A DNA stretch of 64,000 bases, taken from assembly GCA_964019335.1 (NCBI GenBank), contig OZ025676.1:434001-498000 (forward strand). The letters are read 5' to 3'. A model generated the notes under the pieces. That model did no database searches. It was not told the origin of the DNA and was given only the letters and a program-made list of their open reading frames with translations. The position numbers and the translations under genes were made by a program. This document shows positions 22,401-34,416 of this stretch, one piece after another. Source of the DNA: Diplonema japonicum. Lineage: Eukaryota > Protista > Euglenozoa: Diplonemea. Within the stretch, counting starts at the first letter, position 1, and each line of letters opens with the position of its first letter.

Positions 22401-25400
22401 CTTCCATGTCATCTCTTCACCAACATCGGAAGCACCCATCCAACCCTGGCCCTCAAGCTTTGAGCCCGCCATGTCTTGCTCCTCCTTGCTTGTGATGGTC
22501 ACAAGATAACCAGTCAGACCAAGGATTTTGTTGTCATCAGCAGCACATGCAGCTTGCGAGTCCACCCAAGAGATAGAGTTTTGGCCAGCAGGATGCGGGA
22601 AGTACTCGTAGTAGTGTCCTGTGTGCGAGGAGTAGAAACCGTGCCCGTAGTTGTAAGTGATGCGCCTTGCTGCTCCCGAGTTGTCAGTCGTGCTGAAAGT
22701 GACGGATGCCATTGCCTGTGCAAACACACTGAGCTTAGCAGTAGCAGTGCCAAGAGGCTTGAGGAAGAGGAGCCCGACAGCAGAGTGCCACTCGGCCTGA
22801 ATGTTCAAGCTGGCGCACTTGGGGCACGCAAGCGTGTCTGCGCCCTTCTTGAACCCGTCTTCGATGCTGACAACAGAGCCCTTTAGCTCTTCGTTGCACG
22901 CGTTGGCATGGCTGGTGATTGCGTTACAGTTCAGGGTTTCGAAAGGCGTCACGGTGTTAGCACTGGCGGGGTTTGTAGTCGGGATGTACCCCTTGACCCA
23001 GTCGCATGCAGCATTAGCGTCGCAGACGCTCTGCTTGTCGTAGGTTGTGCAACCAGTCTTGGGTGCACACACCTTCATGAGCGGGTCCCACTGGCATTCA
23101 GGTCGCTGATCGCAGTTGACAATCGTCTTCTTAGACGAGCACAACATCCCCTCGCACGTCTTAGTGGTGGGGTTCCAGTCGCACTTGTTCGCGATGTCGG
23201 CAACGCAGGGCGCTTGTGAGCAGTGCTTCGTACACGTGTGGTCATTGCACACGGCCTTGAAGGGGTCCCACTGGCATGCAGCGATGACGCCACATGCCTG
23301 TTCCAGGTTGCTCGAGCACGATGAGGCAGAGGGGTTCACAATCAGACGGCCGAAGGGGCCTGTCGGCTCGCAAAAGCTAAGGAGCACACCATCGGCAACT
23401 TCGTCCATTTGCAAGTTCAACTGGTGAAGGTCCTTCGGTGCACTCACCACTCTACCCAGGGATTCAGCTGCGTCCAAGTCAGCACTTGTGTGAGCCGCCT
23501 GCCTCCTGATCACAATACCAAAGGTTTCGACGCCTTCCGCCTCAAGCTTGGCCTTCTCTGGCCCCAGGATGTCTACGTCGTAGATCCTTCCGTCGCTGAT
23601 GATGAGCAGCACCTTCTTCCTGTGTGTGGGAGACTTGAGGAAAGCCGAAGCAGCTTTGTCCAGTCCGCGGTCAATGTAGGTAGTTTTGAACAGAGGGTTA
23701 GCCTCGTGCCAGTCAATGGCAGACTCGATTTCACCGATCGCGCCACTGAGATCACCGCCCGTCAAGGTGTCCACGTTCACAGGCGTGGGAGGCGAGAACT
23801 GCACGAGGGCAATACGGAAGCCACCATTGCGAACATCACTTGCGGCACCCTTGGTGTATGACTCACCCGTAAGGGGGAGGGTCTTGACCCATGTGCGAAG
23901 CATTTCAAGAAGCGCGTAGTAGCCATTGGGATGCACCCCGAACGACTTCCTCATGGAGCCACTGCCATCGAAGAGAATGGTCAAGTCAAGGTCAGGGCAC
24001 CCACCGAAGTGCTTGCTGCGGCATTCGTTGGCGGTTGTGTCCCACGAGCAAGCAGGGTCGTTTTTGCATGCACAGATGGAACCAGAGACATCACCATTGG
24101 GCTGCGGGTTGTAGAAAGCACATGTGCGAGGGATGCAGTTTTTAGTGGTTGGGTCAACCATGCAAGCGTTGTCAGGGTGCGCAAGGCAGCCAGTCGTATC
24201 GTTGGCACGGGTGAGTTTACTGTAAACAGAGCAGACGTGCGTGGTGCAGAAGGCCACGCCATTCTTTGTCTTCCACTCGCATCTTTGTTGGGCATCCTGA
24301 GCACACGTTGCCTCGTTGGTGTGCACAGCACACACATTCGGTTGGCATGCCGGAGTCTTGTCATCGTCCCATACACACTGGGTGGCAAACCCGGTTTTGG
24401 CATCCGTAACACAGTTAACAGGGTCTGTGATTATGGTACACCCTTGTTCCACAACACAAGTAGGGATGCCTGTGGTATCCCATTTGCAACCTGCAGCCGC
24501 GTCACAAGTCGCTTGATCAGGCCAGCCACAAGGCCTGTCCTGGCACTGCCCGACACCGCCGGCACCAATTACCCAGACACAGTTAAGGGACCTTTTAATA
24601 GCACAGGGGTCATCTGTGGCGGGGTTAATAGGGGGTTCGCACATGGGGTAACCCTCGCAGACGTCTTGCCTATTCAGTTCTGGGCACCTGTCAACAGCAG
24701 GTGTGCAAGCGTCAACGGCATTACCAAACCCAGCAGGCCTCCAGTAGCAGTCAGGGTGCGCGTTGCAGTCTACAGTAGTGCTCACGCTCGAACAAGACCC
24801 AGCTGTGCACTTGTTGTTTGACCAAACACAGCCAGGGAAGGCGTTGCAGTCTACAGCACTCATGTACGGTTCGCACGGCGACGGGACAGCGGGCACAGGG
24901 GGGAGGGGCACAGGAGTAGGAGCAGGCGTAGGTGCGATAGTCACCACCAAGACAGGAGGTTTGTCAATGCAAATGCCAAGGCCTGGCGTCATGATGATAG
25001 AACCCTCCAAGTCGTCTTGCGCAGCGCACAACTTACCAATGCCTCCCCACTCGCAGATGTAGCCATCAATGGACTGGTGGTCCAGCGGGTAGTCGTTCCA
25101 CCTCCCAGTGTTCAGGAAGTGCGCAAAGTCCTCACCACCATCCTTGCATGAACCAGAGCAGGGGTTCCTCCAGTCATTCGGTTCGCCACTGTCCCAGTTC
25201 GAGTACTGTCCGTTCTGGTTGCCTCCAGCTTTCGTGTAGAACAATGTTCCACCGTTGATTTGCGGACCAGTGCCTTGTTGGGGAGTGCTTCCGGTTGCCG
25301 AAGGAGTGAAGTCGCACGATGCAGCAGGAGGGCAGCCCTCAGGACCAGTTACCCACTTCCATGTCATCTCTTCACCAACATCGGAAGCACCCATCCAACC

Positions 25401-28400
25401 CTGGCCACCCAGTTTTGAGCCCGCCATGTCTTGCTCCTCCTTGCTTGTGATGGTCACAAGATAACCAGTCAGGCCGAAGATTTTGTTGTCATCAGCAGCA
25501 CATGCAGCTTGCGAGTCCACCCAAGAGATAGAGTTTTGGCCAGCAGGATGCGGGAAGTACTCGTAGTAGTGTCCTGTGTGCGAGGAGTAGAAACCGTGCC
25601 CGTAGTTGTAAGTGATAGTCCTGGGTGTGGTCTTGGTGGAGGTTGTCGAGAACTGCACAGAGCTCATGGCCTGGGCATAGGTGCTCATCGGCTTGTCTCC
25701 CTTAAGGAAGAGAAGCCCCGTCTTAGTGTCGAACGTTGCCGTGATACCAAGGCCCGCACAGGCAGGGCAGCTCAAGGTGTCAGCACCCTTCTGGTAGTTG
25801 TCTTCGATGTCCACAACAGACCCCTTGATAACAGAGGTACAAGAGCATCCGTCAGTAAAGGACATGATAGCAGAGCAATCCAGGTTAGGGAACGGTGCGA
25901 ATGCAGAAGTCGGGGCGGGGAGGCCTGGCTGCCACAGACACTTGTCGGTCAGTGCATCGCATTGTGCTTTCGTGGTTTGTGATGGGCAGCTGCCGTCTTT
26001 GGGAACGCACGAAGGGTTCTTTGTAGTGTCCCACATACAGCTCGTGTGTACTGAGCAATCGTCCTGAGTTGCCCAGTGGGAGCAGACCTTCCTCACGCAT
26101 CTGTTGGTTGCCGGGTTCCACCTGCAAGCAGTTTGAGGGGTGCAGTCGGGTTGAGTGCAGTAAGCATCGCATGCTGTCTTCATGCAAGCACCGAGCCTCG
26201 GCTGGTATTCGCACTCAGCAGTCATATCACACACCCCAGCATCGCCAATAGCAGAGCAGTCCTTGGGAGTGGACTGACCCGCAACAATGAGGGATCCGAA
26301 AGCCCCATTGGCGTCACAGAAGGTAGAGAGCGCACTGTCACGCAGCTCGTCCAGCTGCAGGTTGAGGAAGTGTTGGTTAACGTCATCCGAAACCACCTTC
26401 TTGATTGTCTCCTCAGCTGTGATGTCCGGTTGTTGCTTGTCTTTGAACCTCCTGACCACAATACCAAAGGTCTTGACGCCCTCTGTAATCAGTGCGTTCT
26501 TGGCGGGCTGCAAGACCTGCGGGTCGTTCAGCTTTCCGTCAGTGAAGATAAGCAGAATATCAGTCCTTGCGGGCGGCGATTTCTTAAAGGTTTCCACAGC
26601 CTGCTCCAATGCGTGTTGGATAAAGGTCCTCGTGTAGATGGGGTTGTTGCGGTGCCAGTCGATCGCCGCATCAATTTCCGCGATGTCGCCTGTGAGGGCA
26701 CCGTTCGTTGTGGGGTCAATGTTCACCTGCCCCGGGTTGTAAGAGCCTGAAAACTGGATAAGAGAAACACGGAAACCGGGCGATGTCGTCGCAAGCCCGA
26801 CAGATGCTTTGTCGCCTGTCAGGGGGAGGTCATGGATCCAGTCTTTCAACACCGTAAGGAGGCCTTCGTACCCTGTGGGATGACTGCCGAACGAGTTGAG
26901 CATCGATCCACTGCCATCGAAGACGATGGTCAGGTCCAGAGGAGGGCAAGAGTTGTACCCCGTAGTGGTGCACGCACCTGCGTTGCTGTTCATGGTAGGG
27001 TCCCACGCACAGTTGGGGTCGGTCCTGCAGGTGCAGGCAGCATCGGGGACCTGGTTGATCAAGCTGCATGTCCTTGTCGTGCACTCACCGTTCACAAACA
27101 AGCAGCGCAGATCATTGTTACAAGGGCCTTGGTTAGTGCCGTACGATGCCCAGCAGTACTTCTTGTTGCACGCACCAAGAGTCGGGTCCCATTTGCAGTG
27201 GTTGTTCGCAGCACATTTGAACTCGCTGGTCATGGTGCTGCACTCATTGTCAACACACGTGTTAGTCGGGTCCCATTGGCAGAGCGGGTTTGTGATACAG
27301 TCAAGCTGGTTCACGTACTTAGGACAAAGCTTCTCAACGCACGGAACTGTTGTGCCTGCCGTTGCGGGGCTCACCGCAGTTGCATCCCACCTGCACAAGG
27401 TGTCAGCCGTGCATGTGGCCTGGTCGTAGTACACGCATTTCTTGTCGGTGCACACCGGGATGCCTGCGCATGGTGCCAGCGAAGCAGGGCAGAAAGTGTC
27501 CCATTTACATTTCCCTGAGACGTCGTTGACGCACTGGGGTTGACCAGTGTGCCTGGAGCACTCGAGCTTCGGCATGCACACTGGGATGAACTGATTCAAG
27601 TCCCAGAAGCAACCCGGAGCAGCTTCACAGTTGCCCTGGAAAATATGAGGACAATCCTTTACCTTGCACTTGTTGGTCATTGTGTCCCACTGGCAGGCAA
27701 GTACGTTGTATCCTTGCGTGCACAGATCCTTGTCCATGATGTTGCACAGCTTCGTAACACACTCGGTGCCCTTCCATTCGCAAGTCGGGTCGGACGAGCA
27801 CTGCGCCTGGTCTTTACACAAGCAACCGGACTTCTTACAGAACCCTGTGTTCGGGATTTCTGTGTACGACTTGTCGCACTCCAAGGTGCCCATGTTGTAC
27901 CTGCACTCGGAGCACGAATACTGGTTTTTGATGTTATCGGGACGCTCGTAGCAATTAAGGTTAGCACAGAAGGTATTGGGACAGACACTACCAGTGGCGG
28001 TGGAGAAGTCGGTCCACTGGCACTTGTCGCTGAGAAGACACTCACCAGGGCTCCATGAATGGCATGGAACTTCTTTTGGCTGTGTTGTGGTCGCCACTTT
28101 CTGGATTGAAGCGCCGAATAGCGAGTTCGGATCACAAAAGTCGTTCAGCAGCGACGACGGGATGTCGTCAAGCGGGATGTTCAGGAAGTGCTGGTCCTTG
28201 GGCTCCGAAACCAGAGGGAGCAACGTCGCCTGTGCCCTCAGATCCTGAGTAGTGTGCTGGGTTCCCTTACGTACCACTACACCAAAGGTCTTAACACCCT
28301 CCTTGCCCAACGACTGGTACATAACAGGAATGGTCATAGGGTCGAAGATCTCACCGTCTGTGATCACAATCAAGATGTCCGCACGGTAGTCAGGAGACGT

Positions 28401-31400
28401 CTTGAAGACTTCAACAGCGATCTGAAGCGATTTCTCGATCATGGTACCCTTCTTGTAGTAGTTGTTGTGATGCCACTCGAGATCCTTGTCGATCTCACTC
28501 GCGTCTCCGGAGAACTGGCCGTTGGCACAGTTTGCGCAAGAAGCCTGCTTGGCGTACGAAGAAACCCTGTTCTTACCCGAGAACTGAATGAATGCCAACC
28601 TAAAAGTGCCACCTTTTACTGTCGAAGGCACTCCACCCTTCTCGCCTGTAAGGGGCAAAGTCTTAACCCACTCGCGAAGCATCTCAACCATGGCGTAGTA
28701 CCCGTGGGGGTGGGTACCGAACTTAGCCTGCATTGAGCCAGAGCCGTCCAAAATGAAAAGGACGTCGAGGTCAGGACACGAGAGGTATGTATCTTGCACG
28801 CAAGTGCCACCCTGGGGCTTCGTTGGGTCATCCTTCCACATGCAGTTCGTGTTCGCTTCACAGGCGCACTTGTCCGCCATGTCGCTGCACCTGTTGTTCT
28901 TGCAGTACGGCCCTTGGGTGTCTGTCTCCGCCTTGCAGTCCGGGTCATCATTGCAACCCATGGCGTTGATGGAGACCGGTGCGTTGATGGTGTACTTTTC
29001 TTCGCACGTCGTGAATACACACACACCGTTAGGACCCCATGTGCACCTGTTCTCGTTGTCGCATTGCATCTCGTCGGTGAATTTCCCGCAAAACGTTGAC
29101 TGACATAAGGGGGAGCCTCCAGGCACCCATGTGCATCCGGGCTTGGCACCGCACTGGGGCTCGATAGTGATAGGCTCACAAGGCTTCTCGATGCAAGACT
29201 GCGGATCAACGGTCTTCCACATACACTTCGGATCAGCATTACAGGTGCCAGTATTAGGGTAAGGCTGGCACAAGTTGTCTCTGCAGTTACGTCCATCCCA
29301 AACACAGTTTTTGTCCAACTGGCAGGTGTCCTTCGTTGGCCACACACACGTAGCGTCGCGACACTTGTCCAAGCATGCATCAGTAGTGGTCTGACAGGTG
29401 ATTTCGTTAGTCGCCGATAGCTGCAGCTTGCACCCGTTGATAGTGTTGCAAAGCGTCGTTGACTGCGTGTTGGGTTTACCGTATATGTCGCAGGCCGTGC
29501 CCATCGGCAAGGTTTTGCACGTGTCCCACGTACACTGCGCGTTAGTGTTGCACTTGGTTTGGTCAAGGTTCTTGCACAGAATGACTTCCTTGCACACAGG
29601 GGGGTTTGTACCGATGTCCCACGCACAGTCGGGCGCCTTTGCCTCACACTTCTCCTTGATGAACGTGGCACCGCATTTCTTCTTCTCGCAGCTCATGCCA
29701 TTCCAAGAGCACAGATTGTTAGGGTCGGTCTCGCACTTGTCTTGAGTGGAGTATTGGCACACTTTCCTGACGCACATGTTCCCAGTAGCATCCCAGGTGC
29801 ACTTATCGTTCGTCGCGCACTCACCACTGTTGCAAAGCGTCGCACAGGAAGACTTCCCACATGTACCCACACGGGTGTACGCAGGTGCGTACTGAGCACC
29901 GCACTGCACTTCCCCACGCTGAGGGCGGCAGTTGTCGCAGTTCCACAGATTGCTGAACTTATCGGGGACAGCTTGGCAGTTCAAAGTAGGGCAACCAAGT
30001 GCAGATGCACAGTCAGAACCAGATAATGCAGGTTGTTGCCACTCGCACTCACCCTGGGAGTTGCACTCATCAGGGAACCCCCACGCAGCGCAACGGAAGT
30101 TCTTGGTGTCCACAGGTGCTGCTACAGCCCTACCGAGCTTGGAGTTCGGGTCGCAGAAGTGGTTTAGCACCTTGTCGGGGATATCGTCAAGAGGGATGTT
30201 GAGGAGGAAATCGTCGTGGGGTGAGGACACCAGAGGCCTCAGCATGTAAGCTGCCTGTTGGTCGATAGGGTTACTCTGTGGGAACCTCCTGATGACAATG
30301 CCGAAGATGATGACGTCGTCGTTGATGATTTTTGAGATCTCCGAGTCGACAGCTGCCATGTTAGGGTCCTTGAGACCACCGTCGCAAATGATCACCATCA
30401 CCTTTTTCCTCGATGCAGGCGACACTTTGAAGATGTTATCAGCGTGCTGCAGAGCCGGGAGAATGACGGTTGTACCGGCAATGAAGTTAGCCTCGTGCCA
30501 GTGCACATCCTCAACGAGCTGTGTCTCGTCACCTGACAGCTGACCATTCGTGCACTTTGCACAACTCGCAGTTTTGAAGCCCGTGCTGCCCGGCTCAGAA
30601 AATTGGACGAACGTAATACGAAAGCCACCTGAGGTGCCAGTTGGGGTCTGCCCTGCCTTGTCGCCACTGAGGGGAAGAGTTACCATCCAGTCCTTGAGCA
30701 TTTCCATCAGTGCGAAGTATCCGTGGGGGTGTGTGCCAAATGACTGCTTCATACTTCCAGAGCCATCCAGCAAAAACAGCACGTCCAGGTCAGGGCACTG
30801 GTTGAACTGCGCATCGGTACAGTGGTCGGTGTTCCACGAGCACTTAGGGTCTTTGTTGCACTGGCAAGCTGCCTCAGCCACAGGGGTGAGGCTGTTGTAG
30901 TCCTTGCATGCATGTACTTTGCAGTATGCAGGCGCAACGGCGTAAGCAGCAGTTGTTGGCAGCGTGCCGCCAGTGTTACCCATCCACATGCAGTTGGTAT
31001 CCGCTGCACAGTCTGCTTGGGTCTCCTTCATCCCACAGGGAAGCCTGTTGCAAGTCATGGGACTAGTAGTGGTGTCAGCGTGGCAGATAGGGTCTGTGTT
31101 GCACTCGGCCTCACCGATGTACTGACCACAGTACTTCACCTTGCACTGGGGGTTGGCAAATGCATCCCACTCGCAACGTCTATCCGCAATGCAGTCGCCC
31201 ATGACAGTGGCTGTGCAAGGCTTCTCGATACACCTGTCGGTCTTCCACTGGCACCCTGGATTTTGCCCACATTTGGTCGAGTCCATAATTGGCAGGCAAG
31301 GGTGCTGGGTGCAGGTCGCAGGGGTCCTAGTGATGTCCCACACACAGATGTTGATGGCGCATTCACCGTCGACAGGAGGCGTGCTGGGCGTGCAGGCGGG

Positions 31401-33899
31401 AGAATTCACACCGTACGCAAGGCAGCTGTTCTCCTCCTTTTGAAGGCAACACACGTTGTCGGCACATGTAGCACCGTCCCAATGGCAGCAGTTGCCAGAG
31501 GCGCACATGGATGCCGACATCCTAGAGCTGCAGGTGTCGGGTGGTACCTTGCCGCAAGACGCTTCAGTGGTGTTCCAGATGCACCCGTTGCCCATGCAAA
31601 TGTCCATGTTGCAGTTTGGCTCGCAGGCCGACGTTTCGCAAGCCATGGCAGCGTAGTTCCAGTTGCAGTTGTTTGACGCAATGCAATCGACGTCACCGGT
31701 GAATACGTCGCAGCTCACCGACCCTGTTGCGATGTTCTTCCCGAATCCCTTCAAAGGGTTGCACAAGTTGTCCAAAACCTCAGACTTCAGCTCTGCCAAA
31801 GGGATGTTCAAGAAGTGTGTGTCGTGAGGGTCAGACACAAGCGGCTTCAATTTAGTCTCGGCAGCCTTTGAGGCCGAACTCTGCGACGCCCCCTTACGCA
31901 TCACAACACCGAAGATTTCAACGTTGCTGTTCGTCGCCATGTCGCTCTCCAACTGAAGCACGTCGCTGTCTTTGTCGTGCAGTGCACCGTCAGTCAGCAC
32001 GATCAGGATATGTCTCCTCCCCGGCACAGCATAGTTCTCGAACCATGTCTTCGCTACATACATGCCGGGAACAAGAATGGTCCTCAACTTCGACCACCTG
32101 TAGTAGAAGTAATTCTCGTGCCAGTCAAGGTCTTTCTCCAGCTCGCCCTTGACACCGCTGATGTGTCCTGCGGTGTCACCAGTCGTGCCAGAGACAGGGA
32201 ACTTAGAACCAGCATTCTTCCACCTCTTGTCAGTAGGCCAACCACCCTTCTCCTGGAACCAATCATTAGCACCCATACCACCAGCGCCACCAACGCACTT
32301 CGCAGCAGCTGTGCACGACAAGCCTTGCGGCTCGCCAACGCTCGGAGCGTAGATAGCATCGTCAGGTCTACCAAAGGAGATGAAACCGATCCTGAACCCA
32401 CTACTAGCAGTGCCCACCTTCATCGTCGAGGAAGCCTCGCCAGTAAGGGTGACGTCCTGGAGCCAATCGCGGATCTGCTCGATCATGCCGTAGTACCCGA
32501 CAGGGTGCGAGCCGAACTTAGCAGCCATCGAACCAGACGCGTCGAGCAAGAACACGATGTCGGCCACGGGGCACGCCTCGTTCACCTTGTCAGCACACGT
32601 GCCCGTTCCGGTGTTCCACATGCACTTATCGTACTTTGTGCAATCGCACCTGCTGGTCACATAGGGACAGTGCACATCAACACACACGCTGCCAGGGTTC
32701 GTCTCGCCTGGCAGTGTGACGCCTGTCATCCAGTAGCACGAAATATCCTTGGAACAGTCGGCCCTGCTCTGGTACTTCGAATAGCAGATCTTGTCCATGC
32801 AAGTCCCCGCACCATCCTTGTCAAGTCCCCAGTGGCAGCGAACGTCGTGGTCACAAAGCGGTTCGGAGTCGTATTGCTGGCAAGGCTTAGGCATGCATTT
32901 TGGGTCGTTGGTAGAGGTGGTTCCTGTCACCACAACCTCCCACTGACAGCGCCCTCCACCCAAGGACTCACACGAAGCAGCAGATGTGTAGTGGCCGCAG
33001 CCAGCAAGAAGCACGATGGTCTTAGACATGTCAGTGTCGACGAGACACTGCTCATTGTCAGCACCACCCCACTCACAGACGTACCCCTGGGGATTGGTAG
33101 CAACTGACTCCCACGCGCCATCCATCTTGATGATAGCACTGCTGCCTGCATCGGGTTGTGCAGTACCCCAGTTCGTGTAGTATGGTGCGGTGCCGTCTTT
33201 CGGTTGACCGTCGAAGCCCACGCCATCCTGGAAGAACCAGGTGCCGGTTTCAGGCCCTGTGGCCCACAGCCATTTGTCGGCCGTGGTGCTGTCAGAGGCA
33301 CCGATCCACGCAGTGCCCTCCACTACGCTCTTGACGGCAGTTTGCTCGTCGGCGGAGGTGATAGTGGTTAGGAAACCGCTTGTCATAAGCTGTTTGTTGG
33401 TCTCGCAGGCAGTTTTTGCTGCGTCCCAAGCGAGTGAAACTGGGAAGTACTTGTAGGATTGGCCTGTCTTCGAAGAGAATATTCCTGTACCATAGTTGTA
33501 GGTGATGGCCTTGGGGTTGCCGCTGGTGTCGGAGGTACGGAAGGTAACGCTCTTGATGGCAGTGCTGACATCGGCGATGGTTAAAGGAGTGGCGCCAGCG
33601 GGGGCAAGGAGCAGAGCGCCTGTGATAGCGTCGAAGGTTGCTGTGACGGTGGCAGGGCACCCCGTGCACTCCAGGACGTCCTTCCCTGGTGTGTAGCCGT
33701 CTTCGATACGAACGCTGCCCCCGTCCACTTGCGAGGTACAGTCACACTTGTTCTTCAAGTTCGCATCAACACCATTCTGCTGGTAACCAGCGCAGTCAAC
33801 ATCAGTGAAGGCATAGTAGTCCTCATCCACTTGGTAAAACTCCGCAGCGGCATTTCCAATTACAGCAGACAGACAAGCTGCCCACAGGGCTGACTTCAT
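19460..33899 (-). CDS. Giant type I surface protein (4752 aa): signal peptide, 4 C-type lectin-like domains, 5 VWA domains, many Cys-rich repeats, EGF-like region, TM, short tail
   Basis: Five ORF pieces are joined by GT-AG introns 21790-21842, 21465-21499, 21220-21253 and 20169-20227, giving 14259 nt (divisible by 3). Five DxSGS MIDAS motifs, WIGA/WMGA…CEWGG lectin motifs and TM IWCILAIILAVLTLCACGLFIFFAY. Confidence 0.9.
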
Positions 33900-34079
33900 T
33901 TTGTTTTTCTTTTGAAAGTTTGTATTTAGTCTCGAAAAAATAGTGTCCTATGATGGGGGTGTGTGGTAAGAAGCATGAAGGAGAAACATACAAATAAGAG
34001 AAAACTCCCCCGCTGCACGGACAAGTTAAAGATCCCCCACCTTTCCAGTGTAACTGTAACAGAACTTAATTAAACCCCC

Positions 34080-34262
34080 TCACATCCCGGCCTCTATGAA
34101 CATTGCCGACATCGAATTCGTCTCCGGCATCTTGGGCATCGCTTTCAGTCCATATTTCTTCTTGTACGCCGACCCGCCGTCGGAAGGCGGCAGGCATTTT
34201 TTCCCGTTGATACAATCCAACACCCTTTGCCTATTTTCCGCTTCCGTTTTGCCCTCGCCCAT
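34080..34262 (-). CDS. Possible small protein (60 aa)
   Basis: ATG-initiated ORF of normal composition on the gene-bearing strand, set in low-complexity flanks; no recognisable motif. Confidence 0.35.
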   Translation of the reverse strand: MGEGKTEAENRQRVLDCINGKKCLPPSDGGSAYKKKYGLKAMPKMPETNSMSAMFIEAGM

Positions 34263-34416
34263 TGCAAAGGTTTTGTTGCCCTTACCTTTTTTTTTTTTTT
34301 CCCGTCTTCCCCCCGACTTCTTAATGTGTAGTTAAAAGCCGGCGAGTGAAACAAACAGGTTTCTTTTTTGTTAAAATTCAATTTAAAGGAAGGGGGGGGA
34401 TGGTGTAAATACTATG

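Noticed and set aside
9650-33696. Numerous plus-strand and alternate-frame ORFs overlapping long genes
   Set aside because: Antisense or frame shadows of real minus-strand CDSs, with no motifs.
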